Part shown: positions 28,076 through 35,422 of the stretch, piece by piece
Layout: every line of letters begins with the position of its first letter
Numbering within the stretch: position 1 is the stretch's first letter
Assembly (NCBI GenBank): GCA_021786295.1
Contig: JAJYNO010000009.1
Location: forward strand, 35,977-99,976
Source of the DNA: a bacterium
Lineage (GTDB): Bacteria; Elusimicrobiota; Elusimicrobia; Elusimicrobiales; UBA9959
Direction of reading: 5' to 3'
Length of the DNA: 64,000 nucleotides
Notes under the pieces: generated by a model
What the model saw: the letters and a program-made list of their open reading frames with translations, nothing else
Database searches by the model: none
What the model was told of the DNA's origin: nothing
Position numbers and translations under genes: made by a program

Positions 28076-29236
28076 ATGAAAGGATCCGGGCGCTGGCTGG
28101 CGGGGAGGAGGGCGGGGCAGATACTGTTCCCGGCGCTGTTCGTCATCCCGACGCTGATGCTCTTCGTCTACCTGCTCTTCGAGACCACGAAGCTCTCCCG
28201 CGAGAAGATCCGCGAGCAGTTCGCCGTGGACTCGGCGGCCTTCATCCAGATGGGCGACTACACCAATCTGCTCAACCGCACCGCCTACGTCAACGGAGCC
28301 TTCCCCTACCGCATCTTCAAGGAGGCCTGGGACTGTCCGCCCCACGCCAAGTATCAGCTTTCCGACGAGACCGGAGAGAAGTGCCCCTTCGACATGATGT
28401 ACGGGGCCGGCGACTTCCCGAAGCTCAAGAGCGATACCGCCGGCTCCCCGCCGCCCTCCATGGACAACTCCGGGAAATGGGAGATAGCTTTCGACCCGTC
28501 TAAAAGGCCGGAGTTCAACGACGACCCCACCTCGCGCCAGGACAAGCCGCTCCTCGACATGATCACCAAGGATGACGGCTTAAAGGTCATGATAAGCTGG
28601 GACGACGCGATCGGCTACTACAAGTTCTATACCCAGGTCTATAGTCTGCTGGGCACCGTGGAAAAGTCCCAGTGGACGGTCTTCGACCGGCTGACCGATA
28701 ACTTCAGCTTCTTCCGCAAGTCGTATTACCTCAACGCCAACGTCTGCGACCCGTCCCAGGCCGACAGCTGCGGGAACGACGGCGTCGGGTACGGCGCCTA
28801 CAGCACCGGCTTCTCCAGCAACAGGCTGAAGGAGGGGAACAATTTCTTCATGCATTACGTCCTGAAGATCGAGTTCTTCGCCAAGGTGTATACCGGGGCC
28901 ACGCTGCCGCCGTACTACCTTGGCCAGAGCGATCCGCCGATGGACATGACCAGCTGCCCCACCTGCAACACCAACGGCCTGTTCCAGCTGGCCACCGTGA
29001 CCGACTCGGCGCTGGACCAGCTCGGCAGGGGATACGACGTCTTCCAGGGCTGGGACGCGCCCAAGAACTATTTCAACGTGGACTTCAACAAGCTGGTGCA
29101 GTGCCAGGAGACCAGCCGGCCCTGCGTGCACGCCCTTATAACCACCCAGTGCCCGCAGCTGCAGGACGGCTCCCATCCCAACAACTGCGTCTGGCCCAAT
29201 CCCACCCCTAAATACCAGACGAGGCTTTACCCCTGA
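28076..29236 (+). CDS. TadG-like Cys-rich minor pilin
   Basis: RRAG|QILFPALFVIPTLMLFVYLL...QFAVDSAA (Tad N-terminal pattern, no E+5); many cysteines. Confidence 0.75.
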   Translation: MKGSGRWLAGRRAGQILFPALFVIPTLMLFVYLLFETTKLSREKIREQFAVDSAAFIQMGDYTNLLNRTAYVNGAFPYRIFKEAWDCPPHAKYQLSDETGEKCPFDMMYGAGDFPKLKSDTAGSPPPSMDNSGKWEIAFDPSKRPEFNDDPTSRQDKPLLDMITKDDGLKVMISWDDAIGYYKFYTQVYSLLGTVEKSQWTVFDRLTDNFSFFRKSYYLNANVCDPSQADSCGNDGVGYGAYSTGFSSNRLKEGNNFFMHYVLKIEFFAKVYTGATLPPYYLGQSDPPMDMTSCPTCNTNGLFQLATVTDSALDQLGRGYDVFQGWDAPKNYFNVDFNKLVQCQETSRPCVHALITTQCPQLQDGSHPNNCVWPNPTPKYQTRLYP

Positions 29237-29237
29237 T

Positions 29238-29822
29238 ATGAGCGCCGCCCTCCGGACCATGCGCCTGCGCCTCCTGCGCGCCGCCGGCCTCCTGCGAAGA
29301 GGGCGGCCAGGCCAGGCCATGACCGAGGTGGTGCTGCTTTTCCCGATCTTTCTGGTCATAGTGTTCATAACGGCCAAGATCTTCGCCCTGCTGGTGCTGG
29401 TGCAGAAAATGGAGATCGCCTCCTACTACGCCGCCCGCCGCTGGCAGCTGGAGTCGCACCTGAGCGCCGACCAGGTTTCGTGGGACGAGACCACGCTGAA
29501 GCCGGACATAGAGAAGGACGTGCGCGGCTACCTGGGCTTCGACAACCAGAGCGTCAGGAGCTTCCTCAATCTCAAGGATTTTACTATGACGGTGGAGCGC
29601 ACGCAGGTCTGGAACGTGGTCACCCTGACGGTGACCACGAACCCGGCCGGGATAAAGCTGCTCTGCAAGTACCCCCAGCAGGCGGTCTGTGCCGCTCCCT
29701 ACGGCGAGGCCTGCGTGAACGGTTACCAGTACCTTTGCCGGGGAGGCAGGCAGCTGCAGGTGATAAAATACGTCCCTAACAGGGACCGCCCCATCCCATT
29801 CGTTCTGCCCGGGTTGCATTAG
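29238..29822 (+). CDS. TadE-like minor pilin
   Basis: RPG|QAMTEVVLLFPIFL...ASYYAAR; Cys-rich C-terminus. Confidence 0.82.
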   Translation: MSAALRTMRLRLLRAAGLLRRGRPGQAMTEVVLLFPIFLVIVFITAKIFALLVLVQKMEIASYYAARRWQLESHLSADQVSWDETTLKPDIEKDVRGYLGFDNQSVRSFLNLKDFTMTVERTQVWNVVTLTVTTNPAGIKLLCKYPQQAVCAAPYGEACVNGYQYLCRGGRQLQVIKYVPNRDRPIPFVLPGLH

Positions 29823-29934
29823 GGACGCTGCTTCCTAACTTCCAAACTTCGGTTTAGGGGGCTGCGTCGCCATGGTTCCAGTAAAATACAGTTCGCGTGT
29901 CTCCGAGTTTGGAAGTTAGGAAGCAGCGTCCCTA
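29820..29934. mobile_element. 115-bp MITE/REP-like element with perfect 29-bp terminal inverted repeats, TA at both ends
   Basis: tagggacgctgcttcctaacttccaaact (29820-29848) is the exact reverse complement of agtttggaagttaggaagcagcgtcccta (29906-29934). Confidence 0.6.
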
Positions 29935-31583
29935 TGTTAAAGATAAAGTTTTTCCTGCAGAGGCATTGGCTGGGGCTTACGATAGCCGCCGTCGTGCTCG
30001 TGGCCGTCGTCTTCCCCGTCTGGTACCTGGCGGGGGTGGAGGAGAACACCCGCCGCTACATCATCAGCATGAACGTGGCCAGCATGCCGTGGATGGTGCT
30101 GAACACGCTGATCTTCGTCGGCTTCCTCTACCTGATGCAGTCGGGCGGCTTCAGCGCGCTCAAGAAGACCCGGGTGGACGCAGCCCGGGTGAACATCAGG
30201 TTCACGGACATCGTGGGCCTGGAAGAGGCCAAGCGCGAGGCCTGGGAGCTGGTGCAGCTCATAAAGGACCGCACCCGCGTAAAGGCCATCGGCGGCAAGA
30301 TCCTCAGGGGGGCGCTGCTGGTGGGGCCTCCGGGCTGCGGTAAGACGCTGCTGGCCAAGGCTGTGGCCACCGAGGCCGGCGTGCCGTTCCTCAACGTCTC
30401 GGGTTCCGAGTTCGTGGAGGTCTTCGTGGGGGTGGGCGCCGCCCGCGTGCGCAAGCTCTTCAAACAGGCCCGCGAGTACGCCCAGGTCCACGGCGCCTGC
30501 ATCGTCTTCATAGACGAGATAGAGGTCATCGGCCGCAGACGCATCCTGTACGACGCTTTCGGCGGCGGCTCCGAGACCAACAGCACGCAGAACCAGCTGC
30601 TGGTGGAGATGGACGGCCTGGAGTCCGGCTCCAACGTGGTGGTCTTCGGGGCCACCAACGCCGTTGAGGACATCCTGGACGAGGCGCTGCTGAGGCCGGG
30701 CCGGTTCGACCGGAAGATCTTCGTGGACAAGCCCAACCTGGCCGAGCGCGAGAAGCTCTTCGCCCATTATCTGGGCAAGGTCAGCTACGACCCGGCCATA
30801 GACGTGGGCCGCCTGGCGCGCAAGGCCGTGGGCAGTTCCCCGGCCGACATAGAGAACGTGGTCAAGGAGGCGGCGCTGATAGCGGTGCGCAACAGGTCCG
30901 ACAAGATGACCTACAAGGACGTCAGCGCGGCAATAGAACGCATAGAACTGGGGGTGGCCCACCGGCTGAGCATGACCCCGCGCGAGCGCGAGCGCATAGC
31001 CTGCCACGAGGCCGGCCACCTGGTCACCATCTACCTGTCCCACCCCACGGACGACGTCTTCAAAGCCTCCATCCTGCACCGCGGCGGAGCCCTGGGCGTG
31101 GTGCATCACATGCCGATAGAGGAGATCCACGCGCCCGACCGGGACAGCTTCATCGGCTGGGTGCGGGCGGCGCTGGGCGGGTACGCGGCCGAGCGCATAA
31201 AATACGGCATCACCTCCTCGGGGGTGGGGTCCGATTTCGCCGTGGCCGCCAACATGGCCCACCGCATGGTCTGGGGCATGGGCATGGGCACCAGCGGCTT
31301 CATCGGGAACTATTCCTCGGTCAATAGATGGGAGCGCTCCCCGGCCATGATGGACCAGCTGGAGCGCGAGACGCAGGAGCTGCTGCGCGCCCAGCTGGAG
31401 GAAGTGGAGAGGCTGCTGAAGGCCAACTGGGTCATTGTGGAGCGCTTCACGGCCGAGCTGCTCAGGCGCGAAGAGCTGGACTACGACGAGATAGCCGCCA
31501 TCTTCGCCGAGTTCGGCAAGCCGTCCAGGATGCTCAAGCCCGAGCAGACGGCCGTCTCTTCCCCGCCGCCCGCCGCCCCTTGA
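29934..31583 (+). CDS. ftsH: FtsH-family ATP-dependent zinc metalloprotease (paralog with short periplasmic loop)
   Basis: Two TMs, GPPGCGKT, IVFIDEIE, NQLLVEMDG, ALLRPGRFDR, HEAGH. Confidence 0.9.
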   Translation: MLKIKFFLQRHWLGLTIAAVVLVAVVFPVWYLAGVEENTRRYIISMNVASMPWMVLNTLIFVGFLYLMQSGGFSALKKTRVDAARVNIRFTDIVGLEEAKREAWELVQLIKDRTRVKAIGGKILRGALLVGPPGCGKTLLAKAVATEAGVPFLNVSGSEFVEVFVGVGAARVRKLFKQAREYAQVHGACIVFIDEIEVIGRRRILYDAFGGGSETNSTQNQLLVEMDGLESGSNVVVFGATNAVEDILDEALLRPGRFDRKIFVDKPNLAEREKLFAHYLGKVSYDPAIDVGRLARKAVGSSPADIENVVKEAALIAVRNRSDKMTYKDVSAAIERIELGVAHRLSMTPRERERIACHEAGHLVTIYLSHPTDDVFKASILHRGGALGVVHHMPIEEIHAPDRDSFIGWVRAALGGYAAERIKYGITSSGVGSDFAVAANMAHRMVWGMGMGTSGFIGNYSSVNRWERSPAMMDQLERETQELLRAQLEEVERLLKANWVIVERFTAELLRREELDYDEIAAIFAEFGKPSRMLKPEQTAVSSPPPAAP

Positions 31584-31608
31584 AATCCGCTGTTCCCTCT
31601 GCTATAAC
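31580..31608 (+). promoter_or_regulatory. sigma70 promoter TTGAAA-N17-(TGc)TATAAC
   Basis: Near-consensus elements with an extended -10. Confidence 0.65.
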
Positions 31609-31698
31609 ATTAAGGTGAAATGAAGGTCTTGGAGATGGGCCGGTGACCAGTCCCCAGACCCGAGGTTTTTTTTATTCAGGCTGGCAGAAGGGGGCCGC

Positions 31699-32958
31699 AT
31701 GGCTGCGGACGAAGAGAAGAAGGCCGCCGGACCGGAAGAAGCCGGGACCGGGGCGGAGAAAAAAGAGAGGAAATACTGGCCGCTGGCCCTGGGGCTTACG
31801 TTCGCCGTTCTGGCCGGCGGGGCCTATTACGCCGCCACCGGGCTCAGCGACGCGGCGCATAAGCTCGGCGGCGGAGAGGACTACGAGAAACTGGCCGCCG
31901 ACAACGCCGTCTACAGCGGCAAATCGCAGGGCAGGCCGGGGGACGTTTTTGCCGTAAGCGGGCAGGCCTCGTCCTCTCCGGCCGCCGAGAGCTCCCCCAG
32001 CGCCCTGAACCCGGCCCTGGTCCCCACGCGGGAAGAACTGGTGGCCGAGGCCAACGGCTCGCCGGCTGCCGGGGGCGGCGCGGTCCCGCGGGGGGGCGCC
32101 TCCGCCGACTCCGCCGCGCCGCAGCCGGGACCAGGCGCGCCCGCGCGCGGAGCCGGGCTTTCCATGGCCGGCAGGCTTAAAACTGCGGCTTCGCTGCCCC
32201 GCGGCGGGGGGGCGGCGGTCTCCGGGCCCGGCGCGGCTTCCGTCTTCGCGCAGAACGGCACGGCGGTGGGCCGGGCTTCCGCGCAGTCCCAGACGGCCCC
32301 GGCCCCCTCGAAAAAAGGCGGCCGCGGCGGGGTGCTGGAGTCGCTGAAGGGGGCCTTCGTGGCCTCTCTCTACGGCGCGCGGCTGGCCTCCAACGACGCC
32401 GCCGCGGCCTGGGTTTCCAAGGCTTTCGACGCCACGCCGGACGCGGAGGAGGCCATAGCCTACGGCGACCAGGTCCGCACCCAGCTGGACAAGGTGAACC
32501 CGAACTCCATCCCCAGGTTCCTGAAGGAGCAGGACCTGAGCGCCGACGGGGCCAGGACGCTGATGCCCTCGGACGTCTCCGAGCCCAAGATGGACAAGAC
32601 GGACACCGACGCCGCGCTTAACGACGACAAGGCCTATCAGCGGGAGAAGATGATGAAGGACCTCTCCAGCAGCATGATAAACAGCATTTTCGCCGGCGTG
32701 TCCGGGTCGGGGGACGGTTCGGCCCCCAAGACGAAGACGGTGGACGACGGCACGGGGGGGACCCAGACCTATTCTCTTTTCGCCAGCCCGGAGGACCAGC
32801 AGACCTACAGCGATATGCAGCTGCAGCAGTACGTGGACGCGTACGGCTACGGCGGGGAATGCGGCTGCACGCAGGACGCGCCGTGCTGCTGCCTGCAGTC
32901 GACCGGGGCCGGCGCGGACGGCGGCGGGGCCCTGGCCGATTTCCCGTCCGGGAACTGA
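31699..32958 (+). CDS. Hypothetical single-pass membrane protein, low-complexity linker, Cys-rich C-terminus
   Basis: TM 'WPLALGLTFAVLAGGAYY', an A/G/S/P-rich region and 'ECGCTQDAPCCCLQ'. Confidence 0.7.
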   Translation: MAADEEKKAAGPEEAGTGAEKKERKYWPLALGLTFAVLAGGAYYAATGLSDAAHKLGGGEDYEKLAADNAVYSGKSQGRPGDVFAVSGQASSSPAAESSPSALNPALVPTREELVAEANGSPAAGGGAVPRGGASADSAAPQPGPGAPARGAGLSMAGRLKTAASLPRGGGAAVSGPGAASVFAQNGTAVGRASAQSQTAPAPSKKGGRGGVLESLKGAFVASLYGARLASNDAAAAWVSKAFDATPDAEEAIAYGDQVRTQLDKVNPNSIPRFLKEQDLSADGARTLMPSDVSEPKMDKTDTDAALNDDKAYQREKMMKDLSSSMINSIFAGVSGSGDGSAPKTKTVDDGTGGTQTYSLFASPEDQQTYSDMQLQQYVDAYGYGGECGCTQDAPCCCLQSTGAGADGGGALADFPSGN

Positions 32959-32999
32959 GGCGCCGCGCTTTAGCTCCGGCGGCCGGCGGAAAAAGGAAC

Positions 33000-34172
33000 A
33001 TGAAAACCATCGCATCATCGATCGCCCTCCTCGCGCTGCTGGCCGCCTGCTCCTATAAAATGCCTGAGGAGCAGGCGGTGAAGATAATTTCCCGCCACGG
33101 CTTCAGCAGGACAGACCCGGGCAAGCTCAGGGAGCTGCTGCGCTCCGGGGGCCTGGCGGGCCTCAGGACGCTGGACAAGTACGCGGCCGTGGTCACGGGG
33201 GAGCGCGGAATAATGATCTCCCCGGCCGCCCCGTCGCCTTCTTACGGCATGCTGGCCGCCGCGCGGGACGGGAAATGCTACCTGCTGCGCGTCTTCAGGG
33301 GCTCGCCGGCGGAAAAGGCGGGCCTGAGGGACGGCGACAGGCTGCTGTCGGCGGACTCCTTCGAGCCCGGCTCCGGGGGCTTCAATAAGGCCCTTTCCGG
33401 GCTGGGCGACCTGGACCTGCGGGTGGAGAGAGCGGCGAAAAGCGGCGCCTCCGCCGTGGAGGTCAAGCTCAAGGCCGCCCCGTTCTCGCCGCCGCTCATC
33501 TTCGGCTTTTATGAGCCTTCCACCCGCACGGCCTTCGTCAGGGTCGGGCTTTTCTTCGGGGATTCGGCCTCCATAGTGGGGGCCGGCATAGCCGGGCTCA
33601 CGAAAATGGGCGCCAGGAACGTCATACTCGACCTGCGCGGCAACAGGGGCGGCCAGCCGGAGGAGGCCGCCGCGCTGCTGCGCCTTTTCGCCCGCGCCCC
33701 CGGGCCCGTGCTGAGGCTGCTCTCCTGCCACAAGGGCTACACCGAGGTGCTGGAGGCCAGGGCGGCCGGGCGCTTCTCCGGTCTGCCGGCGGCCGTGCTC
33801 GTGGACGGCTCCACCTCCATGACGGGGGAGGCCTTCGCCGCCGCAATGCGCGAGGTGGCCGGCGCCAGGGTGGTGGGCGCGCGCACGGCCGGAGACGTCT
33901 CCGTGCAGCGGACGTTCAGCCTCGGGGACGGGCGCGGCCTCGCCATCACGGTGGCCAGGATAGCCCCGCCTTCCGGGAGAGACCTGGAGGGCTCCGGGCT
34001 GGAGCCGGACATACAGGCCGGTTCTTCCGGGGCCGCGTGGGATTCGCCTCCGGCCGGGGAGCTGCTGGACGACGCGGCCTATCAGAAGGCTCTGGAACTT
34101 TTCAAGGCTGGTTCTGCCGCCTCCGCCGCCCCGGCCTCGCGGGCGGTTGACGCGTCAAGAGCCAGCTCTTGA
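33000..34172 (+). CDS. S41/CtpA-like PDZ lipoprotein, catalytic residues degenerate
   Basis: AGGA RBS, ATG 33000, lipobox LAAC, PDZ 'GSPAEKAGLRDGD', 'ILDLRGNRGG', 'GLEPDI'. The Ser and Lys motifs read TSMTGE and TAGDVSVQ. Confidence 0.8.
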   Translation: MKTIASSIALLALLAACSYKMPEEQAVKIISRHGFSRTDPGKLRELLRSGGLAGLRTLDKYAAVVTGERGIMISPAAPSPSYGMLAAARDGKCYLLRVFRGSPAEKAGLRDGDRLLSADSFEPGSGGFNKALSGLGDLDLRVERAAKSGASAVEVKLKAAPFSPPLIFGFYEPSTRTAFVRVGLFFGDSASIVGAGIAGLTKMGARNVILDLRGNRGGQPEEAAALLRLFARAPGPVLRLLSCHKGYTEVLEARAAGRFSGLPAAVLVDGSTSMTGEAFAAAMREVAGARVVGARTAGDVSVQRTFSLGDGRGLAITVARIAPPSGRDLEGSGLEPDIQAGSSGAAWDSPPAGELLDDAAYQKALELFKAGSAASAAPASRAVDASRASS

Positions 34173-34196
34173 CAAAAAACAATCATCTGCTATACT
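34169..34196 (+). promoter_or_regulatory. Strong sigma70 promoter TTGACA-N16-(TGc)TATACT
   Basis: Consensus -35 and extended -10; predicted TSS ~34203. Confidence 0.8.
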
Positions 34197-34216
34197 ATTC
34201 CTGCAGCGAGGTGGAA

Positions 34217-34317
34217 GCCCCGCCCTTTTGGCTTGGTGCAGCGGTGCGGTCGTGGTCAGCAGCAGCGGTCGCAGACAGGCAGAGCGCAGTCGCGTGTGTG
34301 TCCCAAAAGGGCGGGGC
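34217..34317 (+). repeat. 15-bp perfect inverted repeat enclosing a 71-nt CAG-rich loop
   Basis: gccccgcccttttgg (34217-34231) / ccaaaagggcggggc (34303-34317). Confidence 0.8.
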
Positions 34318-34334
34318 CTTCAGCGGATTTCAGA

Positions 34335-34418
34335 GTCCGATAATAGCAAAGCCGGCCAAAGCCGGCGGCGCAAAGCCAAGACCCGTTAAGCGAACGGGGG
34401 TCAGGCTGCCGAAGATGG
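34335..34418 (+). ncRNA. GEMM-I (c-di-GMP-I class) riboswitch aptamer, A20 variant
   Basis: cgataatAGCAAA-gccggc-caaa-gccggc-GGCGCAAAGCC...P3 (gcc/ggc, gacc/ggtc, ccgtt/aacgg)...GGCTGCCGAA follows the GEMM-I layout (GCAAA-P2-GnCGCAAAGC-P3-TGCCGA). Confidence 0.82.
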
Positions 34419-34461
34419 AGAGGCGAGCGGCTTCAGGCCGCCGCTATGGAACGGGTTAACG

Positions 34462-34525
34462 CCGTTCCCGTCGTCTTCGGGGTCCTTAAGCCGGACCTGA
34501 CGAAGACAGCGGGAGCGGTTTTTTT
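34462..34525 (+). terminator. Intrinsic terminator of the riboswitch expression platform
   Basis: Stacked stems ccgttcccg/cgggagcgg, gtcttcg/cgaagac and ggtcc/ggacc, followed by T7 (34519-34525). Confidence 0.85.
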
Positions 34526-34764
34526 ATCGCCGGCCGCGGGGAGGAAGGATGTCCTTCGCTGGAAAAGCCGGAAGTCCGTCTGAAAGGGGCCTTGAGGCCC
34601 TTATACGGCCGCGCGCGGCCGCCGCGGCCGCGTCACGAAGATTTAATTTTCGCGGAACGGCCAATTTATATTATAATGATTCGATTGTTCTGCCCGCCTC
34701 GCGCATGTCCCGCCGGTTACAGGGGACAGGCGCGCGGGGAGGGTGCGGCTTTTTGTTTTCACGC

Positions 34765-35391
34765 ATGACCAGATTTATAATATTTTTAATTGTGCTCGCG
34801 GCTCCGGGAGCCCGCGCCGCCGCGCCCGCGCTGGACCGGGCCTCCGCCGAGACCGGCCTGGCCGACAAGGATTTTCATAACCGCCGCAAGACCGTGGACG
34901 AGCTCGGCCAGGCGCCGGGCGCCTGGAAAATGGACCTGCTGAAGCGGTCCCTCTCCGACGAGGACCCGGTCATCAGGCAGAAGGCGGCCCGCCTGATAGG
35001 CCGGTCGAAGGACGGCGCGGCCTACGGCATCCTGGCCGAAGCCCTGAACTCCACCGACACCGTAACCCGCCTGGGGGCCATGGACGGCCTGCGGGACCTG
35101 GGCGACAAAAGGGCGGCGGCGCCGCTCTCCGCGCTGCTTGGTTCCGGGGACCGGAACACGCGCTGGAAGGCGGCAGAGACGCTGGGCGCGCTGGGCTCGG
35201 ACTCCGCGGTGCCGGCGCTGCGCAGGGCCGCGGTCTCGGACAAGGACCGCTTCGTGAGGAAGTCCGCCGTGGAGAGCCTGGGCAGGATAGGGACGCCCGC
35301 GGCCAGGGCGGCGCTGAACGCGCTCAAGGCCGGCCCGGACCCGGAGGTCTCCCTCTGGGCCGGCAACGTGCTGAAAACCCTGAAAAAGTGA
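34765..35391 (+). CDS. Secreted HEAT-repeat (PBS lyase-like) protein
   Basis: ATG 34765 gives the signal peptide MTRFIIFLIVLAAPGARA; repeats 'L.D.D..vR..Aa..LG'. An in-frame upstream ATG at 34549 also has an SD-like sequence. Confidence 0.85.
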   Translation: MTRFIIFLIVLAAPGARAAAPALDRASAETGLADKDFHNRRKTVDELGQAPGAWKMDLLKRSLSDEDPVIRQKAARLIGRSKDGAAYGILAEALNSTDTVTRLGAMDGLRDLGDKRAAAPLSALLGSGDRNTRWKAAETLGALGSDSAVPALRRAAVSDKDRFVRKSAVESLGRIGTPAARAALNALKAGPDPEVSLWAGNVLKTLKK

Positions 35392-35422
35392 GGACGGACG
35401 CGGCGGCTTGAAAGTCTAAGAT

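Noticed and set aside
31624-31673. Fluoride riboswitch suggested by GGAGATGG
   Set aside because: The pairing partner and the downstream GCTGATGA pseudoknot elements are absent.
204-34012. Minus-strand and alternate-frame ORFs overlapping the annotated genes
   Set aside because: They fully overlap motif-bearing + strand genes and show no domain signatures.
34147-34459. Small ORFs 34147-34389 and 34169-34459
   Set aside because: They overlap the promoter and the structured riboswitch leader, start at TTG without an RBS, and lack coding-like composition.
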